From Candidatus Poribacteria bacterium (GTDB lineage: Bacteria; Poribacteria; WGA-4E; WGA-3G), in assembly GCA_965215265.1 (NCBI GenBank), contig OZ244048.1, forward strand, positions 1,632,001 through 1,696,000: a stretch of DNA of 64,000 nucleotides. The letters run 5' to 3'. Below, in pieces: positions 21,226-31,078 of this stretch. The position numbers and the translations under genes are program-made. The notes beneath the pieces were generated by a model. The model worked only from the letters and a program-made list of their open reading frames with translations. It was not told the origin of the DNA and ran no database searches. Every line of letters begins with the position of its first letter. Within the stretch, counting starts at the first letter, position 1.

Positions 21226-21322
21226 TATCTATAAAGTATCAACGTTTTTTCGGATATAAGTGCTTGGCTCGCGGTTGACAGTTGCGATTCTTCTGATTTA
21301 TAGGTTTAGGAAAGGAAGGAGG

Positions 21323-21943
21323 ATGAAAGCAGTCGCTTCAGCATTGAGAATTTTAATCATTGATAACAACCCGGAGCGAACGAGTCTGTTAACCCAAATA
21401 TTGGATGCAAGTCACTATGAAGTCGTTGCTCCGTTGCATTTAGGTGAAATTTGCCAGCGAATTGAAGATTTGCCAAAACAGTTAAAAGAACGAAATGCCG
21501 ACATTATATTGGTTGGGGCAGATTTGCCTGAACCAGCAACGTTGGATTGCTTGGCGGTCCTCTATGAGAAGTATCCATGCCCGATGGTAATATTTTCGCA
21601 AGATGAGCGCCCCGAAACCATTCAAGCTGCGACGCGCGCTGGCGTTTCGGCATACGCAGTCGGAAAACTCACAACGACACGCGTACGCACCATCATTGAG
21701 GCAGCCGTTGCTCGCTTCCAGGAACGCCAAGCCTTGCAACGCGAATTGGAAGAAACGAAGGTGAGTCTCGCAGAACGCAAGATCATTGAACGTGCGAAAG
21801 AAATTGTCGCGCAACAACGTGGCACGACTGAAGCAGAGGCATATCGCGCTTTGCGAAAAATGGCAATGAACCGGCGGAAACGTCTCGCAGAAATCGCACA
21901 GGAGGTGCTATCGGTTGCAGAGGTATTGATAAATAAACAGTAG
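21323..21943 (+). CDS. nasT: ANTAR-domain antiterminator with pseudo-receiver domain (NasT-like)
   Basis: Receiver-like N-terminus, coiled coil, ERKIIERAK...EAYRALRKMAMNRR; RBS AGGAGG. Confidence 0.85.
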   Translation: MKAVASALRILIIDNNPERTSLLTQILDASHYEVVAPLHLGEICQRIEDLPKQLKERNADIILVGADLPEPATLDCLAVLYEKYPCPMVIFSQDERPETIQAATRAGVSAYAVGKLTTTRVRTIIEAAVARFQERQALQRELEETKVSLAERKIIERAKEIVAQQRGTTEAEAYRALRKMAMNRRKRLAEIAQEVLSVAEVLINKQ

Positions 21944-21971
21944 CTGGAACTTACATTTCAAATCAGCGCGC

Positions 21972-22112
21972 GTTCAACGGTGAACAGCCGCGCCAAAAAA
22001 ATAGATAATTAGAAAAATCCAAACCAAGGCCGGTTTGGATAGAGAGAAGAGACAAAGGTGTCCGTTTGGCAGTGCATGCATTATGCCTGCTGATGGATGC
22101 CTCTTTTATTTT
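21972..22112 (+). promoter_or_regulatory. ANTAR-responsive leader: hexaloop hairpins overlapping an intrinsic terminator
   Basis: gttc-AACGGT-gaac (21972-85), atccaaacc-AAGGCC-ggtttggat (22017-40), gac-AAAGGT-gtc (22051-62), all with A1/G4 loops; terminator aggtgtccgt...atggatgcct-cttttatttt overlaps the last hairpin. Confidence 0.85.
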
Positions 22113-22275
22113 AACGTTGTGAAGTTCGCCAAAGAGTCTACTCACGCCTAAGTCAGTAACGTTTAAGAATTGTCCCTGCCAGCAGGGCGAATTCTTCGAT
22201 GCGAAAATGGACATCCGAACATTCAGCTTAAATGGCTTGACTCGTTCCATAGGCGAAAGAATTGGAGGTTCAAAG

Positions 22276-23835
22276 ATGAAACAGTTGGATAAGGAAAAAC
22301 GGAGAACGCGTGTAAAACGGAATTTGCCCAAAAAGCCGAAGGCCCCAAAAATCAACGCCGCCGAGACACTCAAGCGTGAAAAAAATGGGCTTGAGGTTAT
22401 TGATGATATACCAAACTACATCCGAAACGGCTGGGAATCAATTCCGCCAACTGAGCGCGACCGGCTCAAATGGGTCGGCGTTTTTTATCGTCGGCAAACG
22501 CCCGGGGCTTTTATGATGCGCCTCCGGATGTCAAGCGGTTTTAGCAACGCAGCGCAATTCCGCGCCATCGCCAATATCAGCCAAAAGTATGGACCTGGAT
22601 TTGCCGATCTGACTACCCGACAACAGATTCAACTTCGCGGCTTTGCAATTGAGAACGTACAAAATATCTGGAACCAACTTGAAGAAGTCGGCTTAGGTTC
22701 TCTGCAAACCGGATTTGACAATATCCGCGGTGTTACGGGCTGCCCCGTCTCAGGTTTGACTCCCAATGAGTTGTTTGATGCATCGCCTGTGGCGAAAAAA
22801 TTCACAGAGCTGTTTGTTGGGAATAATCTTTACACCGATATCCCGCGTAAATTTAACGTCGGTATCACGGGATGTCTGGAAAACTGTACGCATACTGCCT
22901 CACAGGACATCGCACTTACGCCGGCTACAAAGGCCATCCGCGGTGTAGAAATCAACGGTTTTAACGTTGCGGTTGGCGGGAAAATGGGCTCTGGTGGATA
23001 TACCGTCGCGGAAGAGCTCGATGTGTTCCTCCATCCTGATGAGGCTGTAGAATTGTGTTCACACATTACGTTGATTTTCCGGGACCACGGGCCCCGCACT
23101 TCACGAAACAAATCCCGGCTTGCGTTTTTGATTGCAGACTGGGGTGTGGATAAATTCCGTGAAGAGTTGGAACGTCGATACCGGAAACCCCTGCTTCCTG
23201 CAGGCAAAGATGTGCGCACCAATAACAAAACAGACCACACCGGTATCTTTGCACAAAAACAGTCGGACCTCAACTACGTTGGACTCGTTGTCCCTGTCGG
23301 ACGGATTGCTGCCACACAACTTTTTGAAGTAGCACGCGTGGCAGATGAATATGGCAACGGTGAGATACGGCTGACGCAGGGACAAAATCTGATTATTCCG
23401 AACGTGCCGAGTCTCAAAATTGGGGCGCTCACAGCGGAGCCGCTGCTACAGGAACTACGTTATGAACCCTCCGAGGTTATGCGCGGTATGGTGAGCTGCA
23501 CCGGGATGGACTACTGCCACTTCTCACTCATTGAAACCAAAGAGCGGGCGATGGAGGCAATCCGCCATTTAGAAGCCAAACTCGGAAATACGAAACCGCT
23601 CACCATACACTGGTCGGGCTGTCCAAACGGGTGCGGCAATCACGCCGCCGCCGATATTGGACTGCTCGGCAAGCGGACCAAAATCAACGGGGTTGTGACA
23701 GATGCTGTGGATGTTTTTGTGGGCGGAAAAACGGGACCACAGCCGAAAACCGCCACGAAATTATTAGAGAATGTGCCGTGCGATGAACTTCCGCAGGCAC
23801 TTGAAAGGCTAGTCCCTTACCTTTCAAGAAAATAA
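22276..23835 (+). CDS. nirA: Ferredoxin-nitrite reductase
   Basis: TTRQQIQ, PRKFN, CTGMDYC and SGCPNGC siroheme/[4Fe-4S] ligands; RBS GGAGG. Confidence 0.92.
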   Translation: MKQLDKEKRRTRVKRNLPKKPKAPKINAAETLKREKNGLEVIDDIPNYIRNGWESIPPTERDRLKWVGVFYRRQTPGAFMMRLRMSSGFSNAAQFRAIANISQKYGPGFADLTTRQQIQLRGFAIENVQNIWNQLEEVGLGSLQTGFDNIRGVTGCPVSGLTPNELFDASPVAKKFTELFVGNNLYTDIPRKFNVGITGCLENCTHTASQDIALTPATKAIRGVEINGFNVAVGGKMGSGGYTVAEELDVFLHPDEAVELCSHITLIFRDHGPRTSRNKSRLAFLIADWGVDKFREELERRYRKPLLPAGKDVRTNNKTDHTGIFAQKQSDLNYVGLVVPVGRIAATQLFEVARVADEYGNGEIRLTQGQNLIIPNVPSLKIGALTAEPLLQELRYEPSEVMRGMVSCTGMDYCHFSLIETKERAMEAIRHLEAKLGNTKPLTIHWSGCPNGCGNHAAADIGLLGKRTKINGVVTDAVDVFVGGKTGPQPKTATKLLENVPCDELPQALERLVPYLSRK

Positions 23836-23859
23836 AAAAATAACGGATAGAAAGGCAAT

Positions 23860-23947
23860 CGATGATTCATAACCTAGAATAGCTCTGGTGAGATTTACAC
23901 GGTAATAAACATAACATCAGGCGTTATAGGGCTGAAGGATACAAAAA
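23860..23947. repeat. Family A right arm abutting the narK start
   Basis: GAGATTTACACGGTAATAAACATAACATCAGGCGTTAT, near-identical to 47589-47647. Confidence 0.8.
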
Positions 23948-25303
23948 ATGGAATTTAAAAATAAAGCAACTCAGATTAACTTATTCAGTTTAAAGACGGT
24001 TCAGATGCGTGCATTTCACATGACATGGTTTGCATTCTTCTTAGCCTTTTTCGGGTGGTTCGGCATCGCGCCGCTGATGGCAATTGTACGCGAAGATCTG
24101 ATGTTAACCAAGGTCCAAATCGGGAACACGATTATCGCTTCTGTCTCCATTACAGTCATCGTGCGTATCTTGATCGGTCCGTTGTGCGACCGTATCGGCG
24201 CTCGAAAGGCGTACACATGGCTCCTCATCCTCGGTTCGCTTCCTGTAATGGGGATTGGGCTTGCCCAAAACTATAAGAGCTTCCTCTTGTTTAGATTGGC
24301 AATCGGTGCCATCGGTGCAGCGTTTGTGATTACGCAGTATCACACCTCTGTAATGTTCGCGCCAAATTGTGTGGGGACAGCGAACGCAACAACCGCCGGA
24401 TGGGGAAACTTAGGGGGTGGGGTAACGCAGATGGTGATGCCACTTATCTTTACCGCACTGGTGACGTTCGGTGTCGATAAATTCCTCGGATGGCGGCTCG
24501 CAATGATTATTCCGGGCATCGCGTTGTTCCTGACAGGATTTGCTTACTATTTCTTTATGCAAGACGCACCGGATGGCAACTACAAGGCGCTGCGCGCACG
24601 AGGGGAACTTGAACCCGCCAAAGGTAGAGGCATGCAATCCTTTATGCTGGCGATTAAGGACTACCGGGTTTGGGCACTCTTTGTGATTTATGCTGCCTGT
24701 TTCGGGGTTGAACTCACGATAAACAATGTTGCCGCCCTCTATTATCACGATAGGTTTCAGTTAGATGTGAAAACCGCCGGGTTAATCGCTGGATTATTCG
24801 GATTGATGAATATCTTCGCCCGCACTATCGGCGGGGCTTTCTCGGATTTTTTTGCGAAAAGGATGGGACTGAGAGGACGGGTGATATTCTTATTCGTTGT
24901 GCTAATCGGGGAAGGTATTACGTTGATGCTATTTTCGCATATGGCGGTTCTGGTGCTTGCGGTTGGCACAATGATTGTGTTCAGTCTATTTGTGCAGATG
25001 TCGGAGGGGGCTACCTACGGGATTGTTCCGTTTATTAACAAGAAAGCATTGGGTGCTGTCGCAGGTATTGTGGGTGCGGGAGGAAACGCTGGTGCTGTCG
25101 CGGCTGGTTTTCTTTTCCGGGCGGAGAACATCACGATGCAGCAAGCCTTGCTTTATCTTGGAGCGATGGTGGCTGTGGCTTCAATCGCGACGGTATTCGT
25201 GCGGTTTTCACCTGCAGTGCAGGCAGCCGAGAAAAAGGCTTATGAAGATGCACTTGCTGAGCGGCAACGTCTGAAGGCAGAAGCAGGTCGGATGGCTGCC
25301 TAA
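23948..25303 (+). CDS. narK: NarK/NRT2 nitrate/nitrite MFS transporter
   Basis: AGWGNLGGG nitrate signature, FGVELT, GAGGNAG. Confidence 0.93.
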   Translation: MEFKNKATQINLFSLKTVQMRAFHMTWFAFFLAFFGWFGIAPLMAIVREDLMLTKVQIGNTIIASVSITVIVRILIGPLCDRIGARKAYTWLLILGSLPVMGIGLAQNYKSFLLFRLAIGAIGAAFVITQYHTSVMFAPNCVGTANATTAGWGNLGGGVTQMVMPLIFTALVTFGVDKFLGWRLAMIIPGIALFLTGFAYYFFMQDAPDGNYKALRARGELEPAKGRGMQSFMLAIKDYRVWALFVIYAACFGVELTINNVAALYYHDRFQLDVKTAGLIAGLFGLMNIFARTIGGAFSDFFAKRMGLRGRVIFLFVVLIGEGITLMLFSHMAVLVLAVGTMIVFSLFVQMSEGATYGIVPFINKKALGAVAGIVGAGGNAGAVAAGFLFRAENITMQQALLYLGAMVAVASIATVFVRFSPAVQAAEKKAYEDALAERQRLKAEAGRMAA

Positions 25304-25399
25304 TGAATCAAGAAACCTGCTAAAATAAAAGAATAGCATCATTTTATCTGTATCCGGAAGGTGGATACTGTTAATTCCGAAATACGCAAGGTGATATTC

Positions 25400-27514
25400 A
25401 TGCCCAATATACCTAAAACGACGGGAAAAGCCGTGTGTCCTTATTGCGGCGTCGGTTGTGTGATTCGTGCCACACTCCAAGATAATAAAATTCTCAAGAT
25501 TTCAGCGGATGCTGACATCGCACCAAACTACGGAATGCTTTGCCCGAAGGGCGCACATCTCAAACAGGTGTTTCAAAATGCGGAGGGTCGCTTGGCATAT
25601 CCTATGATTCGTGAGCAGCGCGATAAACCGCCCCGCCGGGTTTCCTGGGACGAAGCGATCGCTTGGACAGCGAATCGGCTTCATGAGATTCAACAGGAAC
25701 ATGGCAAGGATGCCATCGGATTTTACGGTTCTGGACAACTTGATACAGAAGCCTCTTATGTTTTCAACAAACTGTTTAAGGGGTTTCTACGCACGAATAA
25801 CGTAGACACGAATAGTCGGCTCTGCATGTCTTCCGCGGTGGTCGGTTATATCCAAGCGTTCGGGGCGGATGGACCGCCGACATGCTATGAGGATATTCAG
25901 CACGCCGATGTTTTTCTAATTGTTGGCGCGAATATGGCGGCAAACCATCCCGTGCTATTCCAGATGATTCGGAAGAGACGGGCGATCGGCTCTAATACAC
26001 GGATTATCACCGTTGACCCGCGGCGGACCAAAACCGCAGAATTTTCGGATATTCATGTACCCCTTGCACCCGGCAGCGACGTTGCATTTCTGCAGCTCAT
26101 TGCGAAACGGCTCCTTGCGATAGGCAGAATCGATCGACGGTTTATCCGACGAGCAACGGAGAATTTCAGCGCGTATCAGAACCATTTGGAAGCGCTTGAC
26201 GAAAAGGCCCTCCTCGCTGCCTGCGATATCCATCCCGCACGGATTGACGAGCTCGTCGAATACCTTTCCAAGCCGAGTCGTCTGCTCAGTTTCTATTGCC
26301 AAGGTACGAATCAAAGCACGAACGGAGTAGAGAAAAATGTTGCCCTTATCAATCTGCATTTGCAGTTAGGTGAGGTCGGCATAAAGGGAGCCGGACCCTT
26401 TTCGCTAACAGGACAGCCGAACGCAATGGGTGGACGCGAGGTCGGGTATCTGTCGCACCAATTGCCGGGCTACCGTGTTGTCACGAACGGTATGCACCGG
26501 GCCTATCTGGAGGGTGCCTGGCAACTTCCGCCTGGGAGTATTGATTCACAGCCGGGGTTAACCGCTGTGCCGATGTTTGAAGCGGCGGCAGCAGGCGATA
26601 TTCGTGCACTATGGATCGCCTGCACGAATCCGGCCGTCAGCATGCCAGACACAAAGGTTTCGCAGGCGGGTCTTCGTCGTGCAGATTTGGTTATTGTGCA
26701 GGATTGCTATTATCCAACGGAAACGGCGATGTATGCAGATGTACTTCTTCCTGCGGCACAGTGGGGCGAAAAAACTGGGACGATGACAAATAGTGAACGG
26801 CTCGTCGTACGCAGCGATGGGTTCCTCACACCACCGGGGGAAGCGGAACCGGATTGGTGGATATTCGCACAAGTTGCCAGAGCCATGGGATTTAAGCGGA
26901 GTTTTGACTTCCAGGCAGCAGAAGAGATCTGGGATGAATATCGCATGCTGACAGCCGGCACGCCGTGCGATCAGATGGGCATGACGAATGCCCGCCTTGA
27001 GAAAACGTCATTGCGCTGGCCGTGTCCACACCCTCGGCATCCGGGTACCCAACGCCGGTACACGCGTAGGAAGTTTTTCACACCGTCAGGCAAAGCCCAA
27101 TTCAAAACGCCTAGCTATCAGCCGCCTGAAGAGAACACTGACAACAATTTCCCACTCGGTTTGACAACCGGGCGCGTCGCCAGCCAATGGCATACACGCA
27201 CCCGCACCGGCAAGGTAGCGCAGTTGGTGAGGAAGGAGCCAGAACCTTTTGTTGAGATTCATCCTAACGATGCCATTGCGCACGATGTGCAGAACGGAGA
27301 TTGCATCTATCTGGTGAGTCGGCGCGGCAGGTGCAAGGCGCAGGCACGAGTCACGGAGACAATCCGGCAAGGGTTGCTCTTTACACCGTTCCATTGGGGC
27401 GATCTGTTTGATTCAGAGACGAATGCGAATTATGTGACAAATCCTGCGTTCGACCCGGTGTCTAAGCAGCCGGAACTTAAATTTTGCGCTGTGCGGATTG
27501 AGCAGAGTAAATAA
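25400..27514 (+). CDS. nasA: Assimilatory nitrate reductase catalytic subunit (NasA/NarB, Mo-bisPGD)
   Basis: CPYCGVGC...CPKG, NSRLCMSSA, GQPNAMGGRE, DPVSKQPELK. Confidence 0.92.
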   Translation: MPNIPKTTGKAVCPYCGVGCVIRATLQDNKILKISADADIAPNYGMLCPKGAHLKQVFQNAEGRLAYPMIREQRDKPPRRVSWDEAIAWTANRLHEIQQEHGKDAIGFYGSGQLDTEASYVFNKLFKGFLRTNNVDTNSRLCMSSAVVGYIQAFGADGPPTCYEDIQHADVFLIVGANMAANHPVLFQMIRKRRAIGSNTRIITVDPRRTKTAEFSDIHVPLAPGSDVAFLQLIAKRLLAIGRIDRRFIRRATENFSAYQNHLEALDEKALLAACDIHPARIDELVEYLSKPSRLLSFYCQGTNQSTNGVEKNVALINLHLQLGEVGIKGAGPFSLTGQPNAMGGREVGYLSHQLPGYRVVTNGMHRAYLEGAWQLPPGSIDSQPGLTAVPMFEAAAAGDIRALWIACTNPAVSMPDTKVSQAGLRRADLVIVQDCYYPTETAMYADVLLPAAQWGEKTGTMTNSERLVVRSDGFLTPPGEAEPDWWIFAQVARAMGFKRSFDFQAAEEIWDEYRMLTAGTPCDQMGMTNARLEKTSLRWPCPHPRHPGTQRRYTRRKFFTPSGKAQFKTPSYQPPEENTDNNFPLGLTTGRVASQWHTRTRTGKVAQLVRKEPEPFVEIHPNDAIAHDVQNGDCIYLVSRRGRCKAQARVTETIRQGLLFTPFHWGDLFDSETNANYVTNPAFDPVSKQPELKFCAVRIEQSK

Positions 27515-27519
27515 TTCAT

Positions 27520-27655
27520 TCCCACCCACCCAATTCCTTTCTTTGTCTCTCCTGAAAGGAGAGTGGCAGGATAGGTATTCTTTGTCTCATGGCAAGATAA
27601 CCTTTTACCTGCCACCCACTGGGAGGAGTTGGGCGGGTGGGTGCCACCTCAGGCA
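27520..27655. repeat. Family B/C palindromic cluster between convergent genes
   Basis: CCCACCCACCCAATTCCTTT...GTGGCAGGATAGGTATTCTTTGTCTCATGGCAAGA...CCTGCCACCCACTGGG...GGGCGGGTGGG. Confidence 0.75.
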
Positions 27656-27665
27656 ACGAGGTAGA

Positions 27666-29495
27666 TTACGGTTCACTCGATGAGAAAGACACTGGAATAG
27701 GAATTCGCACTTCACTCAATTTGACTTTGCGCGGGGCCAAAGTCGGTTTTTCGTCAACCCTCTCTGGAAGGAGAAAGTCATCTTCAAAAACTACCACATC
27801 TTTCGTAAAGGTCCACTTTCCATCTCGATAGAAACTGAGCATCACGAGATGATGTCCCCAGCCATTCTCCGGTTCTACGCGTCTGCCAAGTACCAATTCC
27901 GCTGGAATTGTATCGCCGAGCTTCTGGCGGAGTGCTTCGTTGAAAATGTGAACTGCAACCGTTGTTGCATTTTTATTCACATCGCCTGTTACCTCGGCAA
28001 AGTACATATAGCTGTCGTCCTTAACGTAGACAGTGTCCCCGTTTCCGTAATCGGACTCGATTCTAATAGGAGTGCCGAGGTTTGGCGGCAGTGCAGAATC
28101 CTTCGCATCGTGCAATTCAATAGTTTGACTGGCTACCGCCCAATCTGTGACTTTCACGCGACGCAGATAATTCATGATTTTTTCTTCAACTTCCAAACGT
28201 TCCGAGTTAGGAACCCTCAGTGAACCACTATCTTGCGTTGGTATCAAATTCGTAATGGCTTTGCTGTCTGCAGCATGTCGCATCGCAATTACCTTGAACC
28301 GCTCAACACCTGGTGAACCCGTCAAGGCGAAAGCAAAATCAGATTGTTGGTCTGGGAAGGCGTGAATGGTGCCTGCTTCTACGAAATTGTCTTCCTGATA
28401 GGAATTGGGAAAGAGCTGTTTCAAATTGCCAGATGCATCCCAGTTAATGATTATGACGTGCGCACCCTTCGTGACGAGGATACGGAGAGTTAGGTAGTCA
28501 TTTACATGATAGATTGGAACATCGGTATTCAGAAAAGCCGAAAAACTGGCATCTGAATTTGCAAGAGTCCATAACGGACTTTCAATCCCCGGGGGTGAAC
28601 CGAATAAGCGCTTAGGCAAGGCATACGCCTCGGGCGTTTGACTCGCAATCCCTTGCTTGTGCAGCCGGTCTTTGATAGATGGCGATAATAACGGATAGGC
28701 AGCTTCGAACTGATTTTCTGTCGTTTGACGGATTAGGTCAAAGGTTTCTTCCCAGGCAAGAAACCCATCCCTGTCTCTGTCTAACTCTGAGCCGGCCGGC
28801 TGTTGAATGACGTGGAGGAGCACGTTGGTAAATACCCCCCCATGTTGTTCGTCCATCCAACCGTATTCCCCTGCACCTGCACTATCGAAATGCAAGAAGC
28901 CCTCATGTTCGAAAAAGAGATGCTTAATTTTTACGTGCTGGTCGAACATCGGGGAACCGTTATAGTCAGGTAACGGCGTTGTCTTCAGAATCCCTTTACA
29001 CCGATCGGTAATAAGAAGCTTGAGGCGGCAGTTTCCGATGTCCTGAATCATCTGTGCAAAATCGGATTGGAAAAGGTTCCCATCTTGCAGACGTACAAAC
29101 GGCTCAAGTTGCTGCCCTGTTTCCGGGGTCTTCCCGCCAAATCCGCTGAAGTAGATTAAGATGATATCTTGTTCAGCGGGGTTGACTTGGGCAAGCCACC
29201 CTAGAATACCGGTTTTGCTTGCCTCATTGTGTGAACTCAGCAGGTGTCTCTGCTTCAAATGCATATTTCCTTCATCGGCTATTGTGGTTAGCAGACTCTC
29301 CATCTTCTCTTGATTCGCTTTCATGGCGGAGCCGAGGCTTGGATCTGCGTCCATAATCACAAGTAGGGCGTGAACAGTTTGCACATTCGCGTTAACTGGC
29401 ATCGCTAGGTAAACCGAAAGCAGCACTATCCAACATAACCCATACGAAGCACGCCTTAACGTTCTCGTGAAACCGTGGCATTGCGGATGTTTCAT
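27666..29495 (-). CDS. Secreted caspase-like (peptidase C14 fold, His lost) + DUF4384 + C-terminal beta domain
   Basis: Signal peptide; YFSGFG in place of SGHG, LITDRC; LFPNSYQEDN...GVERFKVIA. Confidence 0.7.
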   Translation of the reverse strand: MKHPQCHGFTRTLRRASYGLCWIVLLSVYLAMPVNANVQTVHALLVIMDADPSLGSAMKANQEKMESLLTTIADEGNMHLKQRHLLSSHNEASKTGILGWLAQVNPAEQDIILIYFSGFGGKTPETGQQLEPFVRLQDGNLFQSDFAQMIQDIGNCRLKLLITDRCKGILKTTPLPDYNGSPMFDQHVKIKHLFFEHEGFLHFDSAGAGEYGWMDEQHGGVFTNVLLHVIQQPAGSELDRDRDGFLAWEETFDLIRQTTENQFEAAYPLLSPSIKDRLHKQGIASQTPEAYALPKRLFGSPPGIESPLWTLANSDASFSAFLNTDVPIYHVNDYLTLRILVTKGAHVIIINWDASGNLKQLFPNSYQEDNFVEAGTIHAFPDQQSDFAFALTGSPGVERFKVIAMRHAADSKAITNLIPTQDSGSLRVPNSERLEVEEKIMNYLRRVKVTDWAVASQTIELHDAKDSALPPNLGTPIRIESDYGNGDTVYVKDDSYMYFAEVTGDVNKNATTVAVHIFNEALRQKLGDTIPAELVLGRRVEPENGWGHHLVMLSFYRDGKWTFTKDVVVFEDDFLLPERVDEKPTLAPRKVKLSEVRIPIPVSFSSSEP

Positions 29496-29563
29496 ATTTT
29501 ATGATCCTTTCTCTGTTCCTCTGTTTTCCTCATGAGAAAGAAGAATCCCAAGTAGAGAGTGGG

Positions 29564-31078
29564 TTACCTTGTTTCTTGACGCAAAGTGATTGTAGTCTCC
29601 GCTACCGCCCAATCGGCAGTTGGCACTTTCTGGAGTTCCCGCAAAATTTTTGTCTCTACCTTATCCCGTGGAATAATCTCCGCTTGATAATGGAAAGGGC
29701 TGTGGTCCTCAAGTGGAAGACTCTTAATAATAATGTTTTCAATTGCTTGACTAACAGCTTCATTGTGAATAGCGAGGATCTTGAAACGCTCCCTCCCTAC
29801 TGGTCCCGGGAGGATAAAATCAAAGTCGGATTCCTGCGTAGGAAATGAGTAAATTTGCCCCCGGCTTATGCTTACAAGGCGATTCGGGCTATATTGATTC
29901 GGGAGCAGCACGGTCAGTTTGCCATTTTTATCCCAATTCAATACCGTAATATAGCAATCCTTCTCCGCGGTCATATGTAAAGTGAGGTAATCATTAACCC
30001 GATATATGGATTTGTCCGTCCGGAGATTCACCTCAAAACCGGCGTTTGGATTACGCAATTCCCAGAGACTGTCGACGGGAGGTCCGGGCGGACCAGAGCC
30101 CGAACGTGAACGTTGGGGTAGTGAATAAGCCTTTGGGGTTTGGCCGGTAATACCTTTGCGTTTCATATCCGCCTTCTGGCTCTGTGTAAAATGAGGATAC
30201 GATTGTTCGTATGTCTGCTCTATGTCTTTTTGGGCTAGCGTAAAAACCTCACGCCACGTTACAAAACCGTCACCGTTCGAATCCGATATATCACTGATTA
30301 GCGCCATGAGAGCCACCGTGAAAAAGCTGCCGAATTTTACATGGCACCACGCGTATTGCCCCTCGGTAGCAGCACTGAGATGCAGAAAACCTCTGTGTTT
30401 GCCAAACAGGTCTCTGATGTAACGTTTGCTAACCGTTTCAACAGCAAAACTGCTTGCTAATACCGGCATCCGGGGCGCATTGCTGCAGGCATCCGTGATG
30501 AGCAGTTTCAATCGGCAATCCATCTGTTCTATTCTCTTAGCAAGCTCCGAACGATATAATTTTTTATCTGTGAGTTGCAAAAACGTTTCTCTATAGGTCG
30601 GGCTAACCATGCCGCCATGTCCACCATAGTAGACAAAGATGATATCGTCACGCGAAGGGCGGACCTTTCGGACCCAGGCCAACACATTATCCACCCGGGT
30701 TTCAGCGCGAGAACTGAGATAGACCGTCTTCTCGACACGGTAGACCCGGCTAATTGATGTGAGTAGCCTCTCAACTTTTTCCCTGTCGACCTCTATGGCG
30801 GGACCGATCGTTGGATTTGCGTCCATAATAATGAGCAACGCATGGACAGTTTGAGCCTCCACAGACGGCGGGATAAGAATACCACTGCTCAGCAGAAGCA
30901 GGATGACAATTGTCAATTTTTTGTATATCTTGGTAAAGAATTGTCCTTGCTGGGGCAGGGCGAATTCTTGTCCATCAACGCCTATGTGATGATAACTCGT
31001 GTGTAAATCTCGTCTGAGCCGTTCGATGTGATGTATTGAATTTAAAGATAACCTTCGAATGTTTTCAAATTTCATCAT
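29564..31078 (-). CDS. Secreted caspase-like peptidase C14 + DUF4384
   Basis: YYGGHG and LITDAC His/Cys dyad; LLPNQY...GRERFKILA; ATGA-coupled start; repeat insertion in the signal n-region. Confidence 0.75.
   Translation of the reverse strand: MMKFENIRRLSLNSIHHIERLRRDLHTSYHHIGVDGQEFALPQQGQFFTKIYKKLTIVILLLLSSGILIPPSVEAQTVHALLIIMDANPTIGPAIEVDREKVERLLTSISRVYRVEKTVYLSSRAETRVDNVLAWVRKVRPSRDDIIFVYYGGHGGMVSPTYRETFLQLTDKKLYRSELAKRIEQMDCRLKLLITDACSNAPRMPVLASSFAVETVSKRYIRDLFGKHRGFLHLSAATEGQYAWCHVKFGSFFTVALMALISDISDSNGDGFVTWREVFTLAQKDIEQTYEQSYPHFTQSQKADMKRKGITGQTPKAYSLPQRSRSGSGPPGPPVDSLWELRNPNAGFEVNLRTDKSIYRVNDYLTLHMTAEKDCYITVLNWDKNGKLTVLLPNQYSPNRLVSISRGQIYSFPTQESDFDFILPGPVGRERFKILAIHNEAVSQAIENIIIKSLPLEDHSPFHYQAEIIPRDKVETKILRELQKVPTADWAVAETTITLRQETR

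Noticed and set aside
21945-21962. Second sigma-54 promoter upstream of the ANTAR hairpins (TGGAAC-N5-TTTCA)
   Set aside because: Lacks the conserved -12 GC dinucleotide
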